The notes beneath the pieces are model-generated. The model did no database searches and was not told the DNA's origin. It worked only from the letters and a program-made list of their open reading frames with translations. Shown here piece after piece: positions 49,399-59,396 of a DNA stretch of 64,000 nucleotides (positions are counted from its first letter, which is position 1; every line of letters starts with the position of its first letter). The stretch covers positions 32,001 to 96,000 of the forward strand of contig CAWDPO010000016.1 of the NCBI GenBank assembly GCA_963804165.1. The letters are read 5' to 3'. The stretch is from an uncultured delta proteobacterium. GTDB lineage: Bacteria; Desulfobacterota; Binatia; UBA9968. Both the position numbers and the translations under genes were made by a program.

Positions 49399-50938
49399 GC
49401 CCGTGTTTCTTTCTTGGTCGCACTTCTTTCTTATAGCGAAGAATTTCCAGGGACTGGATAAGCCGCCGGCGCGTCTCCAACGGACGAATGGCCGCGTGGG
49501 CAAATTGCTTTGATAACGCTTCAAACGGACCGTTGAATCGCTCCTGGTATTCGGCGAGTTTTTCCGCGCGCGTTTTCGCCGGGTCGGCTGATTGCTCGAT
49601 CTCGCGTTTGAAAATCACGTTGACCGCCCCGCCGCCGCCCATGACGGCCAGTTCGACGCCGGGCCAAACGAACAGCTGGTCCGCGCCCATTTCCCGAGTG
49701 CATAACGCTTGCTTGGCGCCACCATAACCCTTTCTGAGCACGATCGTAATCTTCGGCACCGTCGCTTCGGCGTAGGCGTAGAGCATCTTGGCGCCGTGGC
49801 GAATAATGCCTTTTTCTTCCTGCTGTTTACCGGGGAAAAACCCCGGCACGTCCATCAGCGTGATGATCGGAATATTAAAGGCGTCGCAAAAACGGATGAA
49901 CCGCGCCGCCTTGTCCGAAGCGTCGACGTCCAAGCTGCCGGCGAGAAACATCGGTTGGTTGGCGACGAAGCCGACAGGATAGCCGTCGAGCCGGCCGAAG
50001 CCGATGACGAGATTGCGGGCAAATTTCGCTTTCAACTCGAAAAAATCGTCATCGTCGACGATCGCCTTGATCACTTGAAGGATGTTATACGCGCGCTTCA
50101 TATCCTCGGGGACGATCGTATCCAGTTTGTCGAGCGAGCGCATCGGATCGTCGCCGCACGCTTTGCGCGGCGGCAACGATTCGAAGCTCGACGGCAAAAA
50201 ACCGATAAGCTTTCGGATCGTCGCGAGGCATTCCTCGTCGTTCTTGGCCACCAGGTCGGTGACGCCTGACACTTCGGAATGAATTTTCGCGCCGCCCAGC
50301 TCCTCCATCGTGACCGTTTCACCGAGGACTTCCTTGATGACTGCGGGACCGGTGATGAACATCTGGCTGGTGTTTTGTACTTGGATGATAAAGTCGGTGA
50401 GGGCGGGCGAGTAGGAGCCCACGCCGATGCACGGCCCCATGATAGCCGAGATCTGCGGAACGCAGCCCGAGGCGATACTGTTTTCAAAAAAGATTTTACC
50501 GATGGCCGACGTGACCGAGAGGCCTTCTTGAATGCGCGCCCCGGCGGAGTCATTTAAGCCGATCACGGGGACGCCGAGTTTGCGCGCGGTTTGGATGACG
50601 TAGGCAATCTTCTCGGCGTGGGCGCTGCCGACACTGCCGGCGAGAACGGAGCGGTCTTGGGAGTAGACATAGACTGGCCTGCCGTCGATTTTCCCGAATC
50701 CAATGACGACACCGTCGGAGGGCAGCTTTTTCTCCGCCATGCCGAAGTCGGTGCACTGGGTTTCGGCCAGCATGAATTCTTCGACGAACGAACCGGGATC
50801 GAGGAGTTTGTCGATGCGTTCGCGGGCGGTGAGCTTGCCTTCGGCGCGTTGCCGTGACGTGGCTTTCGGATCGGCGTCGAGGGCGATTTTCTCCCGCTGG
50901 GAAAGTTTTCTTTCGAGATCTTCCCTGGATTGCGCCAT
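49385..50938 (-). CDS. Acyl-CoA carboxyltransferase (decarboxylase alpha subunit, MmdA/PccB-like)
   Basis: GKLTARERI, DSAGARIQEG, MFITGP, KAARFIRFCDAFNIP, DVPGF, KKHGLMP. Confidence 0.9.
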   Translation of the reverse strand: MAQSREDLERKLSQREKIALDADPKATSRQRAEGKLTARERIDKLLDPGSFVEEFMLAETQCTDFGMAEKKLPSDGVVIGFGKIDGRPVYVYSQDRSVLAGSVGSAHAEKIAYVIQTARKLGVPVIGLNDSAGARIQEGLSVTSAIGKIFFENSIASGCVPQISAIMGPCIGVGSYSPALTDFIIQVQNTSQMFITGPAVIKEVLGETVTMEELGGAKIHSEVSGVTDLVAKNDEECLATIRKLIGFLPSSFESLPPRKACGDDPMRSLDKLDTIVPEDMKRAYNILQVIKAIVDDDDFFELKAKFARNLVIGFGRLDGYPVGFVANQPMFLAGSLDVDASDKAARFIRFCDAFNIPIITLMDVPGFFPGKQQEEKGIIRHGAKMLYAYAEATVPKITIVLRKGYGGAKQALCTREMGADQLFVWPGVELAVMGGGGAVNVIFKREIEQSADPAKTRAEKLAEYQERFNGPFEALSKQFAHAAIRPLETRRRLIQSLEILRYKKEVRPRKKHGLMPV

Positions 50939-50950
50939 AAATTTTCTCGC

Positions 50951-52099
50951 TTATCCGCCGACGATACCCATGCCCTGGAGCACGGAAAGCATCACCGCCG
51001 CCGCGATGACGGAACCGATCTGGCCGCCCGCGTTGGCGCTCATGGCCGGCATCAAAAGATAATTCTTCTTATTGTACTTCTGACCTTCCACTTGAACGAC
51101 GCGTGCCGACATCGGAAATGCCGATATTCCCGCGGCGCCAATCAACGGATTGATTTTGCCGCCCGTCAGCACGCACATCAGCTTGCCAAACAGCACGCCA
51201 ACCGCAGTGTCGAGACTGATGGCAAGGAAACCGAGAGCTAGAATGAGCAGCGTTTGACCGCGCAAAAACTGGTCGGCTTCCATGGTAGCGCCGATGCACA
51301 ATCCAAGGAGCAGCGTCACGATATTGGCGATTTCGTTTTCTGCGGCATTCTTCAAGCGTTCGACGACGCCGCTTTCTCGCATGAGATTGCCGAGCATGAC
51401 CGTGCCGATTAGAGGAGCGCCTTTCGGCGCCAGGATCGAAGCGAAGATCGTTACCGCGATGGGAAAGACAATCTTGGTGGCTTTCGATATCGGCTGAGTC
51501 TTCCCAGCACCCATGACGATCTGTCTTTCCTTTTCGGTGGTCAGAGCGCGCATGATCGGCGGTTGGATCAGCGGCACTAGGGACATGTAGGAGTAGGCTG
51601 CCACGGAAACGGCGCCCAGCATATGCGGCGCGAATTTTGAGCTGACGTAAATCGCCGTGGGCCCGTCGCAGGCGCCAATGATCGCCACCGCGACGGCGTC
51701 CAATTTGTCGAATCCGAGCGCCAAAGCAAGCAGCAAGGTAATGAAGATGCCGAATTGACCGGCGGCGCCGAGCAGGATGATTTTCGGATTCTCCAGAAGC
51801 GGCTGAAAATCCGTCATCGCGCCGATACCGATGAAAATCAAAAGTGGAAAAACTTCGGTGAGGACGCCGGCGTCATAGAAAAAACGGAGAAAGCCTTCTT
51901 TGCCCATCATGTCCGCCAATGGAATGTTCACAAGTATCGCGCCGAATCCGATCGGCACGAGGAGAAGCGGCTCGTATCCTTTCTTGATACCAAGATAGAG
52001 CAAGGTTGAGGCAATCGCGAGCATGATCACGTGGCCGGGGCCGAGATTGGAAATTCCTAACAAAAGGCCCTGTAAGCCGGCAACAAAAGCGGATTCCAT
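50951..52099 (-). CDS. oadB: Na+-translocating decarboxylase beta subunit
   Basis: YEPLLLVPIGFG, GAAGQFGIF, DGPTAIY, AAYSYMSLVP, NPLIGAAGISAFPMSAR. Confidence 0.95.
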   Translation of the reverse strand: MESAFVAGLQGLLLGISNLGPGHVIMLAIASTLLYLGIKKGYEPLLLVPIGFGAILVNIPLADMMGKEGFLRFFYDAGVLTEVFPLLIFIGIGAMTDFQPLLENPKIILLGAAGQFGIFITLLLALALGFDKLDAVAVAIIGACDGPTAIYVSSKFAPHMLGAVSVAAYSYMSLVPLIQPPIMRALTTEKERQIVMGAGKTQPISKATKIVFPIAVTIFASILAPKGAPLIGTVMLGNLMRESGVVERLKNAAENEIANIVTLLLGLCIGATMEADQFLRGQTLLILALGFLAISLDTAVGVLFGKLMCVLTGGKINPLIGAAGISAFPMSARVVQVEGQKYNKKNYLLMPAMSANAGGQIGSVIAAAVMLSVLQGMGIVGG

Positions 52100-52108
52100 T
52101 ATGCGGAC

Positions 52109-52255
52109 TTACCCTTTCTTCAGCGCGGCTTTGTCGGTTTGGTAGGGGAAGATTTTTCGTATGAGCAGAATGAGCAGGCTTAAGAGCCACAGAACCAACA
52201 TCGTTCCGCCCATACCGATCAAGGCCAGCGTCCAGCCGAAGGTCCAAGTGTCCAT
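52109..52255 (-). CDS. Decarboxylase gamma/delta subunit (OadG/MmdD-like), 48 aa; below the ORF-track cutoff
   Basis: MDTWTFGWTLALIGMGGTMLVLWLLSLLILLIRKIFP..., single TM, AAGGAG RBS, lies between BCCP and beta subunit. Confidence 0.8.
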   Translation of the reverse strand: MDTWTFGWTLALIGMGGTMLVLWLLSLLILLIRKIFPYQTDKAALKKG

Positions 52256-52304
52256 CGCGTCTCCTTGCAATTGCTAACTGAAACGTGAATTTGTTACGGC
52301 TGGA

Positions 52305-52520
52305 TTATTCTATGATAGCGAGCACTTGTTCGGCTTCGACCGCCTGGCCTGGGGAAACTTTCAATTCTTTTACGGTCCCGCCAACGGGCGCGACAATGGG
52401 AATTTCCATTTTCATCGCTTCCATTACGATGACGACTTCATCCTCGTCGACGTGCTCGCCGACCTGTTTTTCGATTTTCAAAATCTTGCCCACCATGGGC
52501 GCTTCGACGGTCGTTGCCAA
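52305..52520 (-). CDS. Biotin carboxyl carrier protein
   Basis: EAMKME biotinylation motif. Confidence 0.93.
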   Translation of the reverse strand: MATTVEAPMVGKILKIEKQVGEHVDEDEVVIVMEAMKMEIPIVAPVGGTVKELKVSPGQAVEAEQVLAIIE

Positions 52521-52740
52521 AGTATTTCTCCTTTTGCAGGCTTGTCAGCTGTCGGCGGCAAAATTAATCGGACACCTTAATAGCCGCATTAACGTGCCAT
52601 TTAGTAGAGTTTTCCATGAGTTGTCAATGCTGTGAGAGAAATTTAACGACGCGACGTGTTCACTACCGCTCAGTTTGTCTCACCTTGCTTTTGGTGAGCG
52701 CATACGATATGAAATTTGCAGCTATTTTCGGAGGAAAATC

Positions 52741-53835
52741 ATGTCGAAACCAGCAACGCAGCTAGACGACGTAATGGATAACATACCGTACTACGACAAG
52801 TGGCAGTTGGGTGAAGGTATTCCCATTATCAAAACTTTTTTTGTTCAAGATTTAAAGAAAGTTGAGCTTAAACCTTGGGCGAGAACCGGGGGCAGCGGCT
52901 CGTTTATCAATATGGAAGGGGCGGAAGGAGCCACAGGCGCCTACGTGAGCGAAATTCCCGCCGGCAAAAAACTCAATCCCGCGCGACACCTGTACGAAGA
53001 CTTGCATTTCGTGCTCAAGGGACGCGGCGGGACGACTATTTGGAACGATAAGGGGGCGAAGCAGACCTTCGAATGGCAGGATGGCAGCCTTTTCGCGTTG
53101 CCGCTCAACTGCTGGTATCAACACTTTAACGGCTCGGGCGACGAACCGGCGCGATTTTTTTCCGTGAACAGCATGCCGATCGTTTTTAACTTGTTTCACA
53201 ATGCCGACTTTGTTTTTAACACGCCGCGCGATTTCACCGATCGCTTCGACGGCGATCCGGAATATTTCAGCGGCAAAGGAAAAGCATATCCCGGCCGAGT
53301 TTGGGACACCAACTTCATCGCCGATGCGCGCAACTTCGCGTTGGAAGACTGGAAGGAGCGTGGCGGCGGGGGAAAGAACGTGATGTTGGAGCTGGCCAAC
53401 GGCTCCATGGCGGCGCATATATCGGAGTTTCCGATCGGCACTTACAAGAAGGCGCACCGCCACGGCCCGGGGTTCAACGTCATCATCATCAAAGGAAAAG
53501 GCTTTTCGTTATTCTGGCGCGAGGGGGAAGAACCCAAGCGTTACGATTGGCAGGACGGCAGTGTTTTTACCCCGCCCGCGATGATGTGGCACCAGCACTT
53601 TAACACCGGCGCGACCGGTGCACGTTACCTGCCCCCGCGTCTGGGCGGTATCAAATACAGCCTCGGCGAGGGCTTCGGCGACGTCACCAAAGTCGACAAA
53701 GACGTCAAAGCGGGGGGCAACCAAATCGAGTATTTCGACGAGGCGCCCTGGATCCGAAAAATGTTCGAAGAAGAGCTTGCCAAGTCCGGCACATCGACGC
53801 GGATGAATCCGGATTTCTATAAAAAGCTGGCTTAG
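52741..53835 (+). CDS. Bicupin protein (gentisate dioxygenase-like)
   Basis: RHLYE..FVLKGRG, WYQHFN, KKAHRHGPG, WHQHFN; GGAGG RBS. Confidence 0.8.
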   Translation: MSKPATQLDDVMDNIPYYDKWQLGEGIPIIKTFFVQDLKKVELKPWARTGGSGSFINMEGAEGATGAYVSEIPAGKKLNPARHLYEDLHFVLKGRGGTTIWNDKGAKQTFEWQDGSLFALPLNCWYQHFNGSGDEPARFFSVNSMPIVFNLFHNADFVFNTPRDFTDRFDGDPEYFSGKGKAYPGRVWDTNFIADARNFALEDWKERGGGGKNVMLELANGSMAAHISEFPIGTYKKAHRHGPGFNVIIIKGKGFSLFWREGEEPKRYDWQDGSVFTPPAMMWHQHFNTGATGARYLPPRLGGIKYSLGEGFGDVTKVDKDVKAGGNQIEYFDEAPWIRKMFEEELAKSGTSTRMNPDFYKKLA

Positions 53836-53858
53836 GACGATTGAAATTCCTGTCATCG

Positions 53859-53898
53859 AAAGCCCCGCGCGGAAAAATGCCGTGCGGGGCTTTTTCTT
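53859..53898 (+). terminator. Intrinsic terminator
   Basis: AAAGCCCCGCGCGG...CCGTGCGGGGCTTTTTCTT. Confidence 0.75.
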
Positions 53899-53949
53899 GC
53901 CGCGGCAAAATCGTTGAGAGTTTTCTTTCCCCTGTGCTAGATTCAACCG

Positions 53950-54552
53950 ATGGCAACGGCGCGACTGAATTCGCTACCCTTGCTCGCGGTCGAATTATTT
54001 GTCCTGACCCGGGTCCTGGCCGCAGGGACGGCAGGAAAAATGGCCGACGATTCCTTTAGGCGAGTTGTCGACCTCGATGGACCTCGTGTTGCCGCCGGCG
54101 CAGCGATGCTGCCGCGCGGTCCGGGAGATGTTCTTCTTTTCAATGCGGCGTCGCGCCTCGTCCTAGCCGCAGAGGAAAGACCAGGTGAAACCTTCGCGCC
54201 TGATACTTCCGAGTCCAAAACTGACAGCAGCAATTCAAAAACTACGAAGAGCGAGAAACCTGAAGTAGTTTCGCCGGCAGAGAAAACGCCGGTCTCAGGC
54301 AAGAGCGTAGTCACACCCCGAGTGCCAGAGTCGCGCTTGCCGGCAAAGCCGACGGGATCGATGGCAAAGCCACCAGAGCAAGAAGTCCCCGCCGGAAAAT
54401 CCCCGTCAATCCTTCAAATGTTAGAGGGCCATGAGACGGAATTGTTCGTGGCGGTGGCGATCGCCCTGGCGTTTTTTCTCGTTGGCTGGATTTGTGGCGG
54501 CAATTATTACTTACGCCGCGACCGGCGCCGTCGGACGAAGCTCCGATTCTAA
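53950..54552 (+). CDS. Hypothetical protein with low-complexity linker and C-terminal TM
   Basis: Pro/Ser/Lys-rich centre, TM segment then RRDRRRR. Confidence 0.55.
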   Translation: MATARLNSLPLLAVELFVLTRVLAAGTAGKMADDSFRRVVDLDGPRVAAGAAMLPRGPGDVLLFNAASRLVLAAEERPGETFAPDTSESKTDSSNSKTTKSEKPEVVSPAEKTPVSGKSVVTPRVPESRLPAKPTGSMAKPPEQEVPAGKSPSILQMLEGHETELFVAVAIALAFFLVGWICGGNYYLRRDRRRRTKLRF

Positions 54553-54578
54553 AATATTCTTGTCGCTCGCCCTGCCCA

Positions 54579-55160
54579 ATGGAAGCCATCATCGCGATAA
54601 TCTCTTATCTCATCGGTTCCATTCCTACGGGATACATCGTCGGGAGACTGGCAGGGCTCGACGTGAGGCACTCGGGAAGTGGAAATATCGGCGCGACCAA
54701 CGTGGCCCGAGTGGCGGGCAAGAGGCGCGGTCTGCTGACGTTACTTGCGGATAGCGCAAAGGGATTCATCCCCGCCATCATTGCGCAGCAGATGGCTTTC
54801 AACCCCACGGCGGTGGCTTTGATCGCTGGAGCAGCATTCCTCGGGCATCTCTATCCGGTGTTTCTCAGGTTTCAAGGAGGGAAGGGCGTGGCCACGGCAT
54901 TCGGCGTTTTACTTGCCTTGGCTCCGATAGCCTCTTTTGTCTCACTCGCGGTGTTCACCGCCGTGATCTTATCCAGCAGGACTGTTTCGCTGAGTTCGAT
55001 TGCCGCGGCGATCGTGGCGCCAATGGCGCTGTGGGTTATCTCTTATCCGCCGCCGTTGATCGTGATGAGCGTGTTTTTCGCGGCGATGATCGTCTTACGT
55101 CACCGCGAAAACATCCGGCGCTGGCTCAGCGGCACCGAGCCGCGATTTGGCGTGGATTAG
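54579..55160 (+). CDS. plsY: Glycerol-3-phosphate acyltransferase
   Basis: YLIGSIP, GSGNIGATNV, GHLYPV..FQGGKGVAT, RHRENIRR. Confidence 0.96.
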   Translation: MEAIIAIISYLIGSIPTGYIVGRLAGLDVRHSGSGNIGATNVARVAGKRRGLLTLLADSAKGFIPAIIAQQMAFNPTAVALIAGAAFLGHLYPVFLRFQGGKGVATAFGVLLALAPIASFVSLAVFTAVILSSRTVSLSSIAAAIVAPMALWVISYPPPLIVMSVFFAAMIVLRHRENIRRWLSGTEPRFGVD

Positions 55161-55870
55161 TTTTCGATAATCACTTCGACACGGCGGTTTTGCTGGCGTC
55201 CGCTTTCCGTGTCGTTGGAAGCGACGGGCGCCCTGGTGCCGAGACCCTGAGCGGAAACATTTCTGCTATTAACGCCATTTCGCTCCAACGCGCCGGCCAC
55301 GGTACTGGCGCGCCTTTCCGAGAGCCGTTGGTTATAAGCTTCTTGAGCGGCGCTTTCTCTGCTCGCGTGGCCTTCGACGGTGACGCGCCGGTTTGGCGCG
55401 TCGCGCTTGATAATATCGGCGATTTGATCGACTTTAGACCGGCCGTCGCGTGTAAGATCCGCGCTGTCGAACTCGAAGTTTACGTTCGGCAAATTGACCA
55501 TGACGCCTCGGCTGGTCTCGCGCGCCTCGATATTTCTTTTTTTAAGCTCTTCGATCAGAGCGCGGTTTTTTTCAATTTCGCCGCGCTGCTGGTCGAGCGC
55601 CTGCTGCTGTTCTTTCTGCTTGTTTTCCTGGCCCAGCAGTTGGTCCCCGACGAGCGCGCCGGTCCCTAATCCGAGTGCGCCGCCGATCGCGGCTCCGGCA
55701 CCCGCATGACCTACGGCCGCGCCGATGATTCCGCCGGCAGCTGCGCCGCCCAGCGCGCCGATGCCCGCGCCCTTTTCGCGCGTTGTGAACTCACCGCCGG
55801 CACAGCCCGAACCGACGACGATGACGGCGAGCAATAGTGTGCAAAGGGGTGATTGATGCCATTTCTTCAT
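55157..55870 (-). CDS. Glycine-zipper OmpA-family lipoprotein
   Basis: Lipobox SGC, Gly zipper, FEFDSA, VEGH, YNQRLSERRA, NRRVEV. Confidence 0.92.
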   Translation of the reverse strand: MKKWHQSPLCTLLLAVIVVGSGCAGGEFTTREKGAGIGALGGAAAGGIIGAAVGHAGAGAAIGGALGLGTGALVGDQLLGQENKQKEQQQALDQQRGEIEKNRALIEELKKRNIEARETSRGVMVNLPNVNFEFDSADLTRDGRSKVDQIADIIKRDAPNRRVTVEGHASRESAAQEAYNQRLSERRASTVAGALERNGVNSRNVSAQGLGTRAPVASNDTESGRQQNRRVEVIIEN

Positions 55871-56016
55871 AATACTTCCTCTTGGCCAGTCGGGCCGCCA
55901 ATAGTTGTGCCGGGTCTGGTTGCGAAATTATCGGCCATTTTGAGGCCGCAATTTACATTTACTTAGACGGCGCTCTCCAGAATCTCCAGTATCAACGATC
56001 ATCGGGAGGCGAAATT

Positions 56017-56355
56017 TTAATATTCGCCCTGACGACGGAGTTGCTCGAGTTCTTTGCGTTGCCGTTCAATTTCGGCCTGGTTGGCGTCCATCTGGCGCTG
56101 CTGATCGGTCTGTCTGTTTTGCTGTCCCTGGAGTTGATCACCAACTAGCACACCGCTGCCGAGCCCCAGCGTGCCGCCGATTGCAGCCCCTGCGCCGGGA
56201 TGGCCCACTGCCGCGCCGATGATTCCGCCCACCGCCGCTCCGCCCAAGGCGCCGATGCCCGCACCTTTTTCGCGCGTGGTCAGATCGCCGCCGGCACAGC
56301 CGACGATGGTGGTGAGCGTCAAAGCAATTGGAACGATCGTCAATGTCCGTTTCAT
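56017..56355 (-). CDS. Glycine-zipper lipoprotein with no OmpA domain
   Basis: Lipobox VGC, TTREKGAGIGALGGAA..., short coiled coil; GGAGG RBS. Confidence 0.85.
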   Translation of the reverse strand: MKRTLTIVPIALTLTTIVGCAGGDLTTREKGAGIGALGGAAVGGIIGAAVGHPGAGAAIGGTLGLGSGVLVGDQLQGQQNRQTDQQRQMDANQAEIERQRKELEQLRRQGEY

Positions 56356-56567
56356 TGTACCTCCGAAGATCATAGGGATGAAAATATCGAAGTCGAACAA
56401 ATTCTAACAAAAGCCCTTACCCCCAGCAAGGTAGAAAAAATTCGCCAGCGGAATCAGCCTATTGTAGTAAGAAACTTGGACGCTGAATACGCTTCATTGT
56501 TAATGTTGCACCGCGCTGTTGACATCGTAGACCTTATAAGTCTAATAGTTTTTAAGAGAGGATTATT

Positions 56568-57668
56568 GTGGAAAATCTGACTGAGGACCGAATTCTCGAC
56601 GCATTGCGTAAAGTTCAAGATCCCGAGCTTCACCGAGATATTGTCAGTCTTGGCATGGTGAAGAACCTAGCGGTGACGAATGGCAACGTAAGCTTCACGG
56701 TGGAGCTCACGACGCCGGCTTGTCCGTTGCGTGAAACGATCGACGCCGATTGTAAGCAGGCTCTGAGTCAAATCGGCGGAGTCGGCTCCGTGCAAATTAA
56801 CTTCGGCGCCCAAGTGCGCGGCAGCAAGGCGGGCGCGGGGCAGACGGATTTATTGCCGACCGTGAAGAATGTCGTGCTGGTGGCCGCGGGCAAGGGGGGT
56901 GTCGGAAAATCGACGGTCGCAGCAAATCTGGCGGTGGCGTTGAAAATGCACGGCGCGGCGACAGGCTTGCTTGACGCCGATATTTACGGGCCGTCGGTGC
57001 CGATCATCATGGGAGTTAGGGGTGAGCCGAAGCAGATCGACGTCAATGGCAGTCGCAAAATCGAACCGGCGATGGCTCATGGTATTCCCGTGATGTCCAT
57101 CGGCTTTTTTCTCGAAGCCGATCAGGCGGTCATCTGGCGCGGTCCCATGCTCGGCAAGGCACTCCATCAACTGATGGCCGACGTGCACTGGGGTGATTTG
57201 GATTACCTCGTCGTCGATATGCCGCCGGGCACCGGCGATGTCCAGATCACTTTCTCGCAGCAGCTCAAAGTGAGCGGCGCGCTCCTGGTCGCCACGCCTC
57301 AGGAAGTAGCGCTCGCAGATGTGGTGCGCGCCAAGTCGATGTTCGATAAAGTGATGATCCCGATCGTCGGTATCGTCGAGAACATGAGCTACTTCATTTG
57401 CGACGGTTGCGGCAAGACACACGAGATATTTTCCCGCGGCGGCGCGCAACGCGCGGCGGAGCGATTTAAGATTCCCTACCTGGGCGAAATTCCAATCACG
57501 CCGGCGTTGCGCGAAGGCGGCGATAAAGGCATTCCCATATTGATTCAAGACCCGAAATGCGAAGTGAGTAAAAGTTTTCTGGAGATCGCCGCGAGGTTGG
57601 CCGGCCAACTTTCGATCGCATCGGAACGCGCCAGGGGCGGTCAGGGGCCGACGATCATTACGACGTAG
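56568..57668 (+). CDS. mrp: Mrp/ApbC Fe-S cluster carrier ATPase
   Basis: N-terminal DUF59, GKGGVGKST, DADIYGPS, WRGPM, DMPPGTGD, ENMSYFICDGC. Confidence 0.95.
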   Translation: MENLTEDRILDALRKVQDPELHRDIVSLGMVKNLAVTNGNVSFTVELTTPACPLRETIDADCKQALSQIGGVGSVQINFGAQVRGSKAGAGQTDLLPTVKNVVLVAAGKGGVGKSTVAANLAVALKMHGAATGLLDADIYGPSVPIIMGVRGEPKQIDVNGSRKIEPAMAHGIPVMSIGFFLEADQAVIWRGPMLGKALHQLMADVHWGDLDYLVVDMPPGTGDVQITFSQQLKVSGALLVATPQEVALADVVRAKSMFDKVMIPIVGIVENMSYFICDGCGKTHEIFSRGGAQRAAERFKIPYLGEIPITPALREGGDKGIPILIQDPKCEVSKSFLEIAARLAGQLSIASERARGGQGPTIITT

Positions 57669-57719
57669 AGTGGTTGCGGTGGTCCGGGGTCAATTGTGCT
57701 ATATTAAGGAGTTGCGACG

Positions 57720-58019
57720 ATGGTGACGAAAGAACAAGTCTACGAAGCATTGCAAGAGTGTTACGATCCTGAGATTCCGGTCAACATCGTGGATCTCGGT
57801 TTGATCTATGACGTCGACGTCAACGACGACAAAGTGGCCGTGAAAATGACCCTGACGGCGCCGGGCTGCGGCATGGGTACGATGATCGCCGCAGATGCGA
57901 AACAAAGAATAATGGCGCTGGAAGGTGTCGGCGACGCCACGGTCGATCTGGTTTGGGATCCGCCCTGGAATCCGAGCATGATCCGCGAAGAGGCAAAACA
58001 GCGCCTCGGCATCGTCTAA
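57720..58019 (+). CDS. SufT/DUF59 Fe-S assembly protein
   Basis: YDPEIPVNIVDLGLIY, MTLTAPGCGMG, VWDPPW. Confidence 0.92.
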   Translation: MVTKEQVYEALQECYDPEIPVNIVDLGLIYDVDVNDDKVAVKMTLTAPGCGMGTMIAADAKQRIMALEGVGDATVDLVWDPPWNPSMIREEAKQRLGIV

Positions 58020-58101
58020 TAACGCGTCCGCCGAGTTCAAGCATTCCCGCAGTGACAGAGTTCTTTCTCCAGCGGAGCATCGCCGGATCCGGTCTTCGAT
58101 A

Positions 58102-59352
58102 ATGAACGACAAACCCAGGCTCCGTCCGGTTGAAGCATTTCCAGTTCAGCAAGACGGTAAGACATCGGTCTATCTGAAGGACCCTTTGAATTTCGCCACA
58201 CCGCTGGGAATCTCGCCGGCGGGATATTTCGTCCTGGCGCATTTCGACGGCCAACATACCTTCACGGACATTCAAGAAGCCTACTGCAGACAGTTTGGCG
58301 CGCTGTTGATGAGCGACGACCTGAAAAGCTTCGTCGACATGCTCGATCAGCATTATTATCTGGATAGCGAACGATTCCGCGAGTACAAAAATGCGGTGGT
58401 GCTGGAATTTCGTAATCAAACGACGCGCGCGCCGGCGCACGTCGGCGGCGTTTACAAAGCCGATCCCGAAGAGTTACAAACTCAACTCGCTGGATTTTTT
58501 GACGCCCCGAACGGTCCCGGATTGCCCAACGGCCAAGTTGCGGCATCGACGCCGCGGGCGATCGTCGCGCCGCACATCGACTTTCATCGCGGCGGCCCCG
58601 CCTACGCGTGGGCTTACAAACCGTTGGCTGAAAGCGACGGCGCGGATCTTTACATTCTGCTCGGTACCTCGCATTACAGCGGGCAGACGCCGTATATACT
58701 CACACTCAAGGATTTTGAAACGCCACTGGGCTTGGTTGAGACCGATCGCGATTTCGTGCAGCGATTGCAGGCTGAGTGCGCTGAGGACTGTTTTCGCGAC
58801 GAGTACCTGCATCGTGGCGAGCACTCGCTCGAATTTCAGGTAGTTTTTCTAAAATATATCGCGCGACGGCGCGCCGCCTTAACCGGCCGGTCGGAGAAGC
58901 CGTTTAAGATTGTGCCGATTCTCGTATCGTCGTTTCATTCCGCGGTCGTCAAGCAGACGCTTCCTGAAAAAGATTCGGCCGTGGGAACCTTTTTGCGGGC
59001 ACTGCGCGATTTGGCGGAATTGGAGAGTCGGCAAGTTTGTTTTGTTGCCGGGGTGGATCTCGCGCACGTCGGCAGACAATTCGGCGATCGCGAGCCGATC
59101 ACTGATGATTTTCTCAAATGGGTCGAAAGCGAAGATCAAGAACTCGTCAATCGATTGGCCGCACTGGACGCGCCAGGTTTCTTCAACGCCATCGCAAAAG
59201 ATCAGGATAAGCGCCGAATCTGCGGTTTCTCACCACTTTATTCATTGATTCATCTGCTCGACGGCGCGCGGGGCAAACATCTCAAGTACAGCCAGGCGTT
59301 CACGCCGGAGACCGGTTCAGCGGTGACGTTTAGCAGTTTAATTTTTAAATAA
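58102..59352 (+). CDS. MEMO1-family protein (AmmeMemoRadiSam protein B) with N-terminal extension
   Basis: HVGGVY, APHIDF, LGTSH, EHSLEFQ, DLAHVG, ICG. Confidence 0.88.
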   Translation: MNDKPRLRPVEAFPVQQDGKTSVYLKDPLNFATPLGISPAGYFVLAHFDGQHTFTDIQEAYCRQFGALLMSDDLKSFVDMLDQHYYLDSERFREYKNAVVLEFRNQTTRAPAHVGGVYKADPEELQTQLAGFFDAPNGPGLPNGQVAASTPRAIVAPHIDFHRGGPAYAWAYKPLAESDGADLYILLGTSHYSGQTPYILTLKDFETPLGLVETDRDFVQRLQAECAEDCFRDEYLHRGEHSLEFQVVFLKYIARRRAALTGRSEKPFKIVPILVSSFHSAVVKQTLPEKDSAVGTFLRALRDLAELESRQVCFVAGVDLAHVGRQFGDREPITDDFLKWVESEDQELVNRLAALDAPGFFNAIAKDQDKRRICGFSPLYSLIHLLDGARGKHLKYSQAFTPETGSAVTFSSLIFK

Positions 59353-59396
59353 CCGTTCGATTCTGATTCCCCGTACGATTCACATTCAACCACGCA

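Noticed and set aside
52585-52599. sigma54 promoter for the decarboxylase operon (TGGCACGTTAATGC)
   Set aside because: The GG to GC spacing is 9 nt rather than the required 10.
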